Source: Euglena gracilis (Eukaryota). From it: DNA of 64,000 nucleotides. A model generated the notes under the pieces. It was not told the DNA's origin and searched no databases. It saw only the letters and a program-made list of their open reading frames with translations. This document shows positions 43,344 through 56,706 of this stretch, piece by piece (position 1 is the stretch's first letter; each line of letters starts with the position of its first letter). The position numbers and the translations under genes were made by a program. The stretch lies in NCBI GenBank assembly GCA_039621445.1, contig CP154954.1, positions 42,091,572 through 42,155,571 on the forward strand, read 5' to 3'.

Positions 43344-46135
43344 GCCATTTGCTTGCTTCGGCCGCGCTTTGCAACCATTTGCTTGCTTTGACCCGCTGGC
43401 CATTTGTTTGCTTCGGCCGTGATTGCAGCCGTTTGCTTGCTTCGGCCCGCTGCCGGCTGTTTGCTTGCTTTGACCCGCTGACGGCCATTTGCTTGATTCG
43501 GGCGCGATTGCAACCATTTGCTTTCTTCGGCCACGCCGGCAGCCATTTGCTTGCTTCGGCCGCGATTGCAGCCGTTAGCTTGCATTGGCCACGCTGGTCG
43601 TTTGCTTGCTTTGACCTGCTGGCGGCCTTTTGCTTTGTTTGCTTGCTTCGGTTGCGATTGCAGCCATTGCAAGCAAATGGCTGCCAGCAGGTGAAAGGAA
43701 GCAATTGGCTGCAAAGCCGGCAGCCGTTTGCTTGCTTTGGCCACGCTGGGCAGCCATTTGCTTGCTTCGCACTTTGCAGCCGTTTGCTGGCAACAGCCGC
43801 GCTGGGGGCCGTTTGTTTGCTTCGGCCGCAATTGCAGCCATTTGCTTGCTTCGGCTGCGCTTTGCAGCTGTTTGCTTACACCGGCCGCGATTGCAGCCAT
43901 TTGCTTGCTTCGGCCGCGCTTTGCAACCATTTGCTTGCTTTGACCCGCTGGCCATTTGTTTGCTTCGGCCGTGATTGCAGCCGTTTGCTTGCTTCGGCCC
44001 GCTGCCGGCTGTTTGCTTGCTTTGACCCGCTGACGGCCATTTGCTTGATTCGGGCGCGATTGCAACCATTTGCTTTCTTCGGCCACGCCGGCAGCCATTT
44101 GCTTGCTTCGGCCGCGATTGCAGCCGTTAGCTTGCATTGGCCACGCTGGTCGTTTGCTTGCTTTGACCTGCTGGCGGCCTTTTGCTTTGTTTGCTTGCTT
44201 CGGTTGCGATTGCAGCCATTGCAAGCAAATGGCTGCCAGCAGGTGAAAGGAAGCAATTGGCTGCAAAGCCGGCAGCCGTTTGCTTGCTTTGGCCACGCTG
44301 GGCAGCCATTTGCTTGCTTCGCACTTTGCAGCCGTTTGCTGGCAACAGCCGCGCTGGGGGCCGTTTGTTTGCTTCGGCCGCAATTGCAGCCATTTGCTTG
44401 CTTCGGCTGCGCTTTGCAGCTGTTTGCTTACACCGGCCGCGATTGCAGCCATTTGCTTGCTTTGACCCGCTGGCGGTCATTTACCTTTACTTGCTTCGGC
44501 CCGCTTTGCAGCCATTTGCTTGCTTCGGCCCGTTGGCGGCCATGTGCTTGCTTCGGCCGAGATTGAAGCCATTTGCTGACTGTGGCGACGCCGGAAGCCG
44601 TTTGCTTGCTTCGGCCATGACTGCAGCCATTTTCTTGCTTTGGCCGTGATTGCAGCCATTTGCCTGCTTCGGCCGCGCCGGCCATTTGTTTGCTTCGGCC
44701 ACGACGGCAGCCGTTTGCTTGCTTCAGCTGCACTGGCAGCCATTTGCTTGCTTTGACCCGCTGGCCATTTGCTTGCTTAGGCCCCAATTGCAGCCGTTTG
44801 CTTGCTTCGGCCCCGGTTTGCATCCATTTGCTTGCTTCGGCCGCGATTGCAGCCATTTGCTTTCTTTGGCCACACTTTGCAGCTATTTGCTTGCTTCGGC
44901 CACGCCGACCATTTGCTGTTTTGGCCATGCAGGCCATTTGCTTGCTTCAGCCGTGGATTGCAGCCATTTGCTTGCTTCGGCCGCGATTGCAGCCATTTGC
45001 TTGCTTCGGCCGCGATTGCAGCCATTTGCTTGCTTCGGCCGCGATTGCAGCCATTTGCTTGCTTCGACCACGGTTGCAGCCATTTGCTTGCTTCGGCCGC
45101 GATTGCAGCCATTTGCTTGCTTCGGCCGCGATTGCAGCCATTTGCTTGCTTCGGCCGCGGTTGCAGCCATTTGCTTGCTTCAGCCGTGGATTGCAGCCAT
45201 TTGCTTGCTTCGGCCCCGGTTTGCATCCATTTGCTTGCTTGGGCCGCGATTGCAGCCATTTGCTTGCTTCGGCCGCGGTTGCAGCCGTTTGCTTGCTTCG
45301 GTTGCGATTGCAGCCATTTCTTGCTTCGGCCACGCCGACCATTTGCTGTTTTGGCCACGCTGGCCATTTGCTTGCTTCAGCCGTGATTGCAGCCATTTGC
45401 TTGCTTCGGCCGCGATTGCAGCCATTTGCTTGCTTCGGCCGCGATTGCAGCCATTTGCTTGCTTCGGCCGCGGTTGCAGCCATTTGCTTGCTTCAGCCGT
45501 GATTGCAGCCATTTGCTTGCTTCGGCCGAGATTGCAGCCATTTGCTTTCTTTGGCCACACTTTGCAGCCATTTGCTTGCTTCGGCCGCGATTGCAGCCAT
45601 TTGTTTGCTTCGACCGCGATTGCAGCCATTTGCTTGCTTCGGCTGCGATTGCAGCCATTTGGTTGCTTCGGCCGCGGTTGCAGCCATGTGCTTGCTTCAG
45701 CCATGATTGCAGCCATTTGCTTGCTTCGGCCCCGGTTTGCATCCATTTGCTTGCTTGGGCCGCGATTGCAGCCATTTGCTTGCTTCGGCCGCGATTGCAG
45801 CCATTTGCTTGCTTCGGTTGCGATTGCAGCCATTTGCTTTCTTTGGCCACGCTTTGCAGCTATTTGCTTGCTTCGGCCACGCCGACCATTTGCTGTTTTG
45901 GCCACGCTGGCCATTTGCTTGCTTCAGCCGTGATTGCAGCCATTTGCTTGCTTCGGCCGCGATTGCAGCCATTTGCTTGCTTCGGCCGCAATTGCAGCCA
46001 TTTGCTTGCTTCGGCCGCGATTGCAGCCATTTGCTTGCTTCGACCACGGTTGCAGCCATTTGCTTGCTTCGGCCGCGATTGCAGCCATTTGCTTGCTTCG
46101 GCCGCGGTTGCAGCCATTTGCCTGCTTTGGCCACC
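43344..46135 (+). repeat. 29-bp satellite (GCAGCCATTTGCTTGCTTCGGCCGCGATT) with a 552-bp higher-order duplication
   Basis: Period 29 (e.g. 44961 and 44990). ORF pairs offset by exactly 552 (43324/43876, 43630/44182). Confidence 0.95.
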
Positions 46136-47794
46136 CTGGTCTTTTGCTCGCTTCGGCGGGCCGCCTTTGCAGCTTGCTGGTGTGTTTTGGTCAGCCTCGG
46201 CTTGTCACCCGCCTTGGTCCTACAACTAAGTGTTCCGGCCACCCTGGACCAAATGGGTATAAATGCCTGGCTGGGACATCACACATCTGCTGGTGGCTAA
46301 AAAAAAACCAACAAGCCCGACCGAAACTCCGGGAAATGCTGGAACGTGAATGCCAAACTTTGGGGGAAAACAGACAGTGGCAAAAAAATTCAGAAACCAT
46401 TAGCAAATTGCTACCTTAACCTTTACAAAATGGTTATCTTAACAAAATTGTTACCTTTGCAATATGCACATGGGGTTCATAGGGCACAAAAAAAATGCAG
46501 ATGAAAAAACTTTGGCGGCTTCCTTCAAAAATGTCTAGCCGGGTTTCGTCACACCAATTTCTTCCACTCCACTTTTGGTCATTGCCATTTTTTCCTCCAA
46601 CCCTGACCTCAGAAAATGAACAGGAAAGCTGGGGGCTGCGTTTGGCTTCCCATACATCCCTGGGGTGCGGGTACCGCACCTCCTCGTTGGCGAACACCCA
46701 GAACGTCTGGAATATCTCAATACGGGACTTGAAAGCCATCCTGCTGCAGCCTCCCAGGTCCAATAACTGCTCCTTGTGGGGAAATAAAAATACATCCTGC
46801 CCTTCCTCTGTCTGCCGTTTCATCACCTGAGAATGGGGAGGTGAACAGTGGGGGGCACCACGCTAACCAGCGGTTTTTTTTTGTGACCGGGGGTGTCCCC
46901 CGCCATACAATTTTTTACCGACCTCGGGGGGGGGGGGGGGGGGGCACTCAACTTTTTAAAAACCAGTCAGTCACTCATTTTCAAAAAACCAGCCAGTCAC
47001 TACCCCCCCCCCCCCGGGGGGAGGGTCGGCCACTCAGAAAAACGGCCACTTTCCAGTCACTTTGGGCCACTTTAGGCCCCAAAAAATTTCCGGCGCCTTT
47101 GGCGCCGGGGTCACTCAAGCCACTTTTGCCCACTCCTGGCCGACCCCCCCCGGGGGGGGGGGAGGGGGGTCCGGGCCAGAAACCAGTCAGTCACTCTGAA
47201 AAAACCAGTCACCCACCCCCCACACGGGGGGGGGGGGTCGGTCAGTGCTGAAGCAATTGCCTGACCCCCACCCACCCACCCCCCTGGGGGGGGATAAAGT
47301 GGGTGGGTCTGGCCGAGTGGTCTGGTCTGGTCTACCCCCCGGGGGGATATGCTTTTTTCAAAAAATTTCCGCACCTTCAGCGTCAAAACTTTTTTAAACC
47401 TCCCCATCTTCCCCGGGGGTCCAAGGTGGAAAAAAAAACCCCTGATGCATGCACAGCCACCCACTCACCCCCACACCCACAACCACGTGCCACTTCCATA
47501 AAGCTCACCAAAGACATTTGTCAATCAGAGAAAACCAAATAATTCATCCCTGGGGGGGGGGGCAGGGGTCAGGCCAAAAAAAATAAAGCAGTCGCTCTGG
47601 AAAAATGGTCGGTTTCGAAAAAAAATAACACATTTTCTTCATGCTTTTTTATTTTGCACATTTAGCATAACTGCCCCCCCGAAAGCAAGCCTATTCATTT
47701 CAAGAAAAAAAGAAAAATGGCAAAGATGGAGAATGGAGTGTCAATATCAGGAACTGGGGGGTGCCCCCGGGACCAGGTCAGCTAGTCCCCACCA

Positions 47795-48691
47795 TAAACC
47801 CCCCAAATAAGAAACCCCCCGGTTTATTATTTGGACACCCGAAACAGGGAATTTCTTAAGGACCCCCCGGGGGGGGGGGTCCAGCCTCCGGCTGGCAAAA
47901 AGGCTGCTGGCTGGATTTGAGCTGCTGGCTGGACCCCCCCCCCCCGGGGGGGGTGGGGGGGGGGGGGGGGGTCCGGGGCTGGAGCGGGCTGGGCTGGGCT
48001 GGGTCGCCGAAAAACAAAATTTTCTAACACATTTTTGCCATTTTCGACATTTTGATGGGTGGAGCTAGATCAAGGCTGGGGGGCTGTGATGGAGGGGCTG
48101 TGATAAGGGGGAAAAATGCAGGGATAAATGACCTGGACAGCCCAGTTGGCTGGCCGGCCTGCGGCCGGCTGGGCCGGCTGGCCCGGCCTCCGGCCGGGCT
48201 GGACCCGACTTTATTTCACTCGACCCCCGGGGGGGGGGGGCTCCCATCCCGAATTTGGGCTGCTGGCTGGATTTGAGCTGCTGGCTGGCTGGACCCCCCC
48301 CCCCCGGGGGGTAGGGTACCCTCCGGCTTAAGAAATTCCCTGACCCGAAACTGGGCTCCAGGGGGGGGGGGTGTTATTATTTGGGGGGGTTATTATTTGG
48401 GCAAAAATTTAAAAGTCAAAAATTGACCCGAAAACCCCTCCACAGGCTCCAATGGTCGATTTTTTTGGCAATTTTGGGCTTTTTTGAAAATTGTGTGCTT
48501 TTTTTTGGCATATTTTCTGCACCAATTTGATCCATTTTTGTGTTTTTTTGCAGCATTTCTGCTAATTTTTGACTCTTTTTTCCTTTGCCCTCACACCTGC
48601 CAGAGGGGGGGTTTATTATTTGGGCGGCCGAAGTCGGCCCTCGGGGGGGGGGGTTATTATTTGGGGGGGTTATTATTTGGGGGGGGGGTTA
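47795..48691. mobile_element. TA-flanked MITE (motif GGTTATTATTTGG) interrupted by a hAT-like MITE
   Basis: TAAACCCCCCAAATAA ... TTATTATTTGGGGGGGGGGTTA. Confidence 0.6.
47845..48342. mobile_element. hAT-like MITE (CCAGCCAGCAGC-rich family; fragments also near 790-1330 and 33860-34362)
   Basis: Perfect 16-bp TIR CAGGGAATTTCTTAAG / CTTAAGAAATTCCCTG. 8-bp TSD ACCCGAAA. Confidence 0.92.
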
Positions 48692-50370
48692 TCATTGCTT
48701 AGCGACCCCCAGGGGGGTCACTTTCCACTCTGAAAAAAACCAGTCGATCACTTTTTCCGAAAAAAACCAGTCAGTCACTTTTACCCCCCCCTGGGGGGAT
48801 CGGCCACTAATCATGAAACAATGAAAATTTGCCTAAAAATCTCAAAAGGTCCAAAAATTTTCCGGCGTCTTCGGCGCCAGGCCAGCCACTTTATCATTTT
48901 CGGGCCTACCCCACCCCGGGGGGGGGGGGGGCTCTTTCATCCAAGATTGCCGTCTTTGCATCCCCTAACACAAAGTTGTTCTTTTCCAATTGTCCCCCAC
49001 TGAGTTTTCAAAGACGTTTTAAAAGCTTGTGTCACATTTTACGAAATTTTGGTTGTTGATTGGCAAAAATAAAATGGGGATCAAAAAACCCGTTAAAAGC
49101 AAAATTGGCTGTTGTTTTCGCTTTCCGACAAGCCTCATGACTTCCCTTGCTGAATCAAAAACACTCAACATTGTCCTTTTTGACCTTGTGAGAGACATCA
49201 CCTTCACAGCAATCATCATCCAAATCCTTGTCATCGTCTTCCAAGTATTCAAAATCAGGTTCCATCCAAAGCGTGGTGATTGCTGAACCTCGATAAATCA
49301 TCACTTCTTGCAATGAATCTGCAGAAGGTGCGGAAAGAGCGTCACATGCATAGGGGGTAGTTCGTGTCATGGGGGGGGAGCACCACATTTTCGGTTGCCA
49401 AATTCACCGAACCCAAGCTATGGGAGATTTTTCCATAAACTAGGAAATACCCGCTCCTGAAATTTGGTTTTGACACCAAATTAGGTTTTGACACCAAATT
49501 AGGAACCCGGCTGGGAAAGAGGTGCCTGGACCCCCAAGAGGGGTGACAATTAACCGCCAAACAATTGTAAGAATAAGCGATTAACCGCGACCAACTGGGG
49601 GCAGGGCGGTCCTTAAGCAAATTAAAAAAAAAAAAACTCTGCTGTCCCAGCACACTCAATGCAAAATCCACCGGAAAATGGGAAAAGAAGTTGGGAATTT
49701 TTCGGCAAGAACAGGTCGACATCGGGGGAAAAAATGATTCCTGGTGTCCTTGGACCATCGCCCATCCACCCAAACCATCAAAAGATGTGTGTTTGAACTT
49801 TTTAATTTTGGACCCTGTTTAAGTCCCAGTCTGGTTCTTGGCTGGCCTTTTGGCCGAAAGGGGGGGGGGAGGCAGTGCTTAAGAAAATAAAAAAAAAACT
49901 TTCCTGTCCCTTAAAGACCGCCCTGACTGGTGACTGGGGGTCCCAGATTGATTAACCAGACGTCTCAAAAAAAAAACATCATTGAAGAAAAGCACTACCT
50001 CATCGGAGAACTCTTGGGTCGAAACGGCAAAACGCCGAGGGGGTGTGTTTGAGAGCTGTCTGTGAGGGTACCCTCCCCAACGACCAGGTCAGCTGGGTTC
50101 CCACCCCCAAACCCCATTAACACCGGAACCACTGCTGGTCAACTCTTGACGCCAGTTGTGTGTTGCCCTGCTTATTGGCCAAAGGAGCGGTAGGGCCGTC
50201 CAGGGCTGAGGAGAAAGGCATCTGGCGGCACCGCATCTTGAAAATTGCCAAAATTTCGATATACGGGGGGGGTAGGAAAACGCCTGCCATATACGAGGTC
50301 AGACTTGCACTGCTTGACAGCATAACGGCAGTGCCACACCTTCTCGGGAAGAACTGTCCTCCGGGTGCGG

Positions 50371-50820
50371 CAGGGGTGTATGGGAAGCCCTGAGGGGGAG
50401 GGGGAGTCTGACCCCTCCCAACACGGGAGGGGGAGGGTCGGACCCCGCCTCCAACCTCGAAACATCAAGCGCTCGCAAAATTTTCCATCACTTTCTGCCA
50501 CTGCTGCATCCCAGAAAAGCAAAAAAATTGCCCCCTCATTATGAAGCGTATTGAACATTTTTGATGTTTTGGTGTTTTCCGCATGCAAAAAAAATGGCCA
50601 AAATGAGCATTTTTGGGTTTTTTTTTGACAGAGAAAAAAGCAGTTATTTTTTGAACAACCTTGGCTTGGCATCCAGCCCATTGACTGCCCACAACTCTCC
50701 ACGTTTTCGGAACCAAGGGGGGTGGACCCAACCACCTTACCCCATTGGGGGCGGGGGTTTTGGGACCCCCTCCCACCGCACCATCTACCCCAAACCCAAA
50801 GGGCTTCCCATACATCCCTG
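50371..50820. mobile_element. hAT-like MITE, paralogous insertion to 40332-40794
   Basis: Same TIR family, same TSD GGGTGCGG, same flanks. Confidence 0.85.
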
Positions 50821-51163
50821 GGGTGCGGGTGCCGCACCTCCTCATTGGCGAACACCCAGAACGTCTGGAATATCTCAATACGGGACTTGAAAGCCATCCT
50901 GCTGCAGCCTTCCAGGTCCAATAACTGCTCCTTATGGGGAAATAAAAATACATTCTGCCCCTCCTCCATCTGCCGTTTCATCACCTGAGAACGGGGAGAT
51001 GTGCGGTGGTGGACACCATGAAAGACACACTCAAACACGCACACCCACACACCCACACAGCCACCCTGACCCCACACACACACACATGTGCCAGGACTAT
51101 AATATTGCCTCCCGCTTCCCCCAGTCCCCCGCCACCCCCCCCACAGGGATTGCGTCTCCCAAC

Positions 51164-52032
51164 CATACCATTGCTTAGCGACCCCCGGGGGGGGAGGGGG
51201 GGGAGGGGGGGTCACTTTCCACTCCGAAAAAACCAGTCAGTCACTTTACCCCTCAGGGGGGGGGGTCGGCCACTCAGGAAAACCAGTCACTTTTTGGCCT
51301 TTCAAGGCCATTTTTGGCCAAAATTTTCTCTGGCGCCTTCGGTGCCGGTTGGCCACTCAGCCACTTTTGGGTGATTTCTGACCTACCCCACCCCCAGGGA
51401 TGGATGGGAAGCCTTGAGGGGGGGGGGGGTCGGCCCCCCCCCTCCCGACACGGAGGGGGGGGGGTGGGTCGGACCCCCCCCTCCTACCTCGAAACTGAGG
51501 GGGGGGGGCCGAAATTTTTTTCGATTTCATGGACGGGCAAAGGGCCGGAAATCGGGTTGGAATCGGTCAAAAACCCCTGATTTTTCTTTGAAAATCGATC
51601 CAAAAATGCTCATTTTTTGAATTTTTTGAACATGTTTTTGGGGGAAAAAACCAACACATCAAAAAATGGGCAATATGGCCAAAAGTGAGCAAAAGGGGTG
51701 TTTTTTGCTCATTTTCCGGCGCGCAGCGCCGGAAGAAAATTTTCTGCTATTTTTGGCACCTGTCAAGGAGGGGGGGGTGGGGGGACCGGACCCCCCCTCC
51801 CAACATCTAGGGGGGGGGGGGGGCCGGACCCCCCCCTGCCCACTTACCCCCCCCAGGGGGGGGGGTGGTCGGGACCCCCCCCCCTACCACCTGCCTCAAT
51901 ACCGAAGGGCTTCCCATCCATCCCTGCCCACCCCCCCCGGGGGGGGGGTCACGGCCAAAAAACCAGTCAGTCACTCTGAAAAAAACCAGTCAGCCACAGG
52001 GTGGGGTGGGACAGGTGTTAAGCAATGGTCTG
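51164..52032. mobile_element. hAT-like MITE (AAAACCAGTCAGTCAC family)
   Basis: TIR CATACCATTGCTTA / TAAGCAATGGTCTG. 8-bp TSD CTCCCAAC. Confidence 0.85.
51395..51926. mobile_element. hAT-like MITE nested in 51164-52032 (relatives at 53737-54219, 60968-61360 and about 1625-1950)
   Basis: TIR CAGGGATGGATGGGAAGCC / GGCTTCCCATCCATCCCTG. 8-bp TSD CCCACCCC. Confidence 0.88.
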
Positions 52033-52207
52033 CTCCCAACCAACAACAAGAACCGGCTGAAAATGGCCGGAGGCAATGGTTAATGCTTGGGAGACATGCC
52101 TTGTGCAAAGCCCACCCTCACAAAAACCATTTCTCAATCAGAGTTTTTTCCATATTGTCAATTGAATATTCGATATTCAGAAATCAATATTTCAGGCGCC
52201 TGGCAGC

Positions 52208-52525
52208 GGGGGGTAGATTTGGCCTGGGGGGGGGGGTTGTGGGCAGACCCTAGGGTCGCCAAAGGTCGCCATGGTCGCCAAAGGTCGTGGGCAGGTCGAT
52301 GTCAAAAAATGCGCTCCACGGCAAATTAGCGCAACATACACACAAAAGGTGTTGCACACACAAGGGATTTTTTTTTTTAGGGCCCTGGAACAGTTGCCTA
52401 CGCCGCTACAATGCAAAAAAGACTGAGTAGGAAATACCCATAGCGACCTTTGGCGACCTTTGGCGACCGTGGGCAGACCCTAGGGTCTGCCCACAACCCC
52501 CCCCCCCAGGCCAGATCCGGGAGCC
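52208..52525. mobile_element. Mutator-like palindromic MITE
   Basis: Long inverted arms GGCCTGGGGGG...TTGTGGGCAGACCCTAGGGTC. Flanking direct repeat CCTGGCAGC(G), 9-10 bp. GG...CC ends. Confidence 0.65.
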
Positions 52526-54259
52526 CCTGGCAGCGAAATTTTTTTTCAACCAGACCCAACATATGTTTCCCGCCTCCCCCCACCCATACATATGGTCACT
52601 TCCACTCTTCCAAAAAACCAGCCATTCATCCCTGGGGGGGGGGGCAGAAATAAACAAAGAGTCACGCTGAAAAAAAGTGCGCAACAAAAACTTGCAATTT
52701 GACTTTTTTTGCATTTTGGGGCTTATTGCATCCCACCCCCACCTGAAGATGTCCAAAAATAGTCCAGTTCCTAAAAAAAATTACCCATTCATTCTGATTT
52801 TTTAACATTTTTGCACATTTGGCATACCCCCCCAAAAAGCAAGCCTCTCCCTTCAGCAAAAAGAATAATTGGCAAGGATGGAAAATGCAGGGATGCTAAT
52901 TATGCTAATTATTTCATCACCCAACAAACTCGGAATTTTTGATTAAGGTTGCGGTTTTGGTTGGGCCACAGCTGGCCGAACCCAACCAACGACTGCCCAC
53001 CAAAATGGCTTCCCATTTTAGGATGCGTGAAAATCAGGCATTTGCTTAAGGACCCCGGGGGGGGGGGGGTACTGGCTAGCCAATCGGCTAGACACTGGAA
53101 AAAATGGATTTGCTGGACCCCCCCCCTCCTCACCGGAACTTTTTGGGGTGTTTTTCGTCTAAATCCATTGCTTCTGAGGCATTTTTTCCTTAGTGTCTCC
53201 AGAGTAACTGACTGCCCCAGGTGGGTGGGGGGGGGGTAGAAAATGGGTGATTGGTTTTGAAATGTGGCTGACTGGGTTTTTTTTGAAGTTGAAGGTGACC
53301 TCTTTCAAATGAACGACAGTTTTTTGAAAATCATTCTGGTCCCCGCGAGACCCTACCGATTGTTGGCACCTTACAGCGAAATTTTTTTAAAAAGGCCCTG
53401 CATATATTTTTTACCAGGCAATTGCTTAAGGGATTGCAGTACCCCCCCCAGGGGGGGCTGGACTGTTGCTAGTCCAAATTTGGCAAGTGGGATTTCTAGC
53501 AGACCCCCCCCCCCCGGGGGGGTCTGCTAGCAGGGCTAGCTGGTGGAAAAATTTTTCCCAGTGACCGGCGCGAAGCGCCGAAAATTTTTTGGGGACCCCC
53601 CAAAAATGGCCAAAAATGCCCGTTTTTGGCCATTTTTGAAAAATTTTGGAACAAAATCAGCCAAAAACCTATTGAAAACCTCGTTTTTCCAGTTCGGGGG
53701 ACCCTGGAACCCCCCCCCCCCCAGTGGGGAGGGGGGCAGGGATGGATGGGAAGCCCTTCGGTATTGAGGTAGGTGGTAGGGGGGGGGAGTCCCGACCACC
53801 CCCCCCCCCCCTGGGGGGCAAGGTGGTAGGGGGGGTCCGGACCCCCCACCCCCCCTCCTTGACAGGTGCCAAAAATAGCAGAAAATTTTCTTCCGGCGCT
53901 GTGCGCCGGAAAAAAATGAGCAAAAACACCCTTCTTGCTGACTTTTGGATATATTGCCCTTTTTTGCTGTGTTGGTGTTTTCCCCCCAGAAAAGTGTTCA
54001 AAAAAATTCAAAAAATGAGCATTCTTGGATCGGTTTTCAAAGAAAAATCAGGGGGTTTTGACCGATTTCGACCCGATTTCCGGCCCTTTGCCCGTCCATG
54101 AAATCGAAAAATTTTCGGCCCCCCCTCAGTTTCGAGGTAGGAGGAGGGGGTCCGACCCCCCCCCCGTGTCGGGAGGGTGGTCCGACCCACCCCCCCCTCA
54201 AGGCTTCCCATCCATCCCTCAGTCCAGCACCCCCCGAAAAATTCCTCACACAGAAACCC

Positions 54260-56706
54260 AAACCCCCACCCACACGCGCGCACCTCATCTTCACCGTCGC
54301 GGCTGGGCACATGCTGCTCCGGCCCACCCACCGCCGCCACTCTGCCGGCGGCTGCGGCGGGGCTGCCTTCTGGCGACCCCGGTGTTGCCCATCCCAGAGT
54401 GGAACGCATTGGTACCTGTTTCTCTGTGAACGGCTTCGGACCTCCTTTCAACCCATGCTGCCCCCACCAAATTGGACGGCCAAACCTTTGGTTGGCCGTC
54501 TGAAAAAAGGCCCACCCAGACTAAACACACAGCCACCACTGAGAGCTCTTTTCCCACTGGGGGCTGGGTTCTGGTGGAACCAACTTTTTTTGTTGTGGAA
54601 ACGCATTGCCGCAAAAAACAGATAAAAAAATATGCGGCGACCGTCAATGCAGCCGACATTGTCTGCCCAGGCCCAATGCCACCCACCACCAAACATCAGG
54701 AGACACATCAACATTGGTCAGTGGATCAAATCAAATGCATGGCATGGCGAGGCACTTATCATCCAATGCCTGAACCTAAACCTCATACAGTGGCCTTGTT
54801 TGGGGCACGACCCAAGAAACAAACAGGGTGGCCAAAGAAACAGGCACAAGATGTGACGAGCAGATAGAACACTGGCGGAACACCTTTTGGCTACCTTTGC
54901 AGCCATAATACGGTGAGCAGGGCCCAATGCGTCCAAGGTGGCCGCTGCAAAGCGAGAGGTCCAAAGCAGCCAAAGCTGAACCACAGCAAGTGCAGACCCA
55001 AAGACAGGTCCAAGGTGGCAAAACTGCTTCAAAGCTGCTGAAGCGCTGCAGAACGACGCAAGACTGCGTCAAAAGGAGGCGGCCAGAGTGACCAAAGGAA
55101 GAAGGGCAGAACGAGCAAAGCAGCCGGTGGAAAGCAGGCCATGAACACGGCCAGAAGCAGTTAACCAGTGGCCACCACTAACCACCTTTCCCCCGTTGTC
55201 TGGCTTGGGATCATAAATGCCTCGCCGGGACATCATCTGTCTGGTGGTGGGGAGGCATATGGGCAGGCTGCAACCCCACCCATATGGGAAACAATCAAAA
55301 AAATATTCACAAACCTAAAAAAAAATAAATCAAAAATCAAAAATAAAATCACAAAGCTTCAGAGAATTGAATGCACCCCAAAAAATGTGTGTGAAGAAAT
55401 TTCACAGGAAATTGGCTTCTTTATGAACACACCAAATTCCCCTGCCCCGAGGGCATCGGTGGGATGGAACAAACTGAGGGATCGGTGACGTTTTCAAACG
55501 ACAAAAAAAAAACGTGCCCCCCTCTCCTGCAACTTGGTGATGAATTTCTTTAAAATTAACCGCTGGCCCAACCCACCGAAGCGTTCACCACACCTCTACC
55601 AAATCAAACCAACCCCAAAATGATGGGGACGCCAGGCGGGAGGCGCTGTTCCTGTTGCTGCTCCTCCTGCGCTCCTGTTGATGCTGCACCTGCGCTCTTG
55701 CGGTTGCCGCCTGCCTTCAGTGCCCCTTGGCAACATATCCAACTGGGGGAAAAATGCCAACCCTGGTGGACTGCACGTGTCGCGCGTTGGACGCTGAACC
55801 TTCATTGTGTGTGTGTGCGTGTGTGTGTGTGCGCGTGCGTGTGTGTGTGGGCGTTCGCCAAAAACGTGCCCATCTGCATGCGTGTGAATTGTATGGCCAC
55901 CTGAGGGAGACAACAACATGCACAACCCTTAAGGTAGCACAGGGCACTGGGCTGGCAGGTGGGGGTGGGTGCTGGGTTGGCATGGGCAGCAGACACGTCG
56001 AAATCGAACTTCATGGTGGAGAGGACCTGAATGTACCGGGGGGCAATGACGCAAAATTCTGGGGGAAAACACACCATACTGCGTCCAGTTTCAGAAAAAA
56101 CAAGTCACCACTTGAAAAGAACACTGAGCGGTATGGGCTGCACTCTACAACGAACAATTGCATGGTGAGGATGAAAGGCAAAATATAATGCTTTTGGAAG
56201 CTTCGAATCCATGCGCTCCACCGCCTTCCTTGTTTCCATCCTGCCATTTTTGACTGAAATCAAGCCCGACACCCCCTCTTTGTGCGTATTTCTGCCAATC
56301 CAGCAGTACACACCTGAGCGGTTTGCGGCGAGAGGTGTGCAGAGGTGCTGCCTCGCATATGCCCCCGCGCACGCTCCTGCGCCTGCCCTCGCGCCCCACC
56401 CGTGCCTTCGCTGCCGCCTGCCGGATCCCTTCAGTAACCCCTGCTCATACCACGCCGGGTTCGCCGGGTTGAGGTGGGGGTAAAGCATGCTTCCATTCCA
56501 CTCCACCATCACATACTCCCCTCGCGTGTCCATCGCACGCGTTCGGTGCACACTCCTGGGGGTGCAGTACAAGCGTCCACGGGTTGGAAAAGGGAAACCC
56601 AGCACCGGTGAGCTGCCGGGTGGGAGCAGGGGGCCCTGAGCTGGCGGGTGGGGAACGGGTGCTCGGTTGGCGATGCAGCAGCGCCATGGCTCCGAGGTGG
56701 ACTGGA
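54260..56706 (+). repeat. Diverged duplicate, copy 2, with about 500 bp extra (55925-56427)
   Basis: Colinear with 34950-36860. Confidence 0.85.

Noticed and set aside
43344-46135. CRISPR-like array (conserved core plus variable linker) and long ORFs of 280-430 aa
   Set aside because: Linkers are about 10 bp and themselves repetitive, and there are no cas genes. The ORFs are translations of a stop-free satellite.
48940-49330. Acidic ORF fragment (EPDFEYLEDDDKDLDDD) as a transposase relic
   Set aside because: Short, interrupted by stops, and no catalytic motif recognised.
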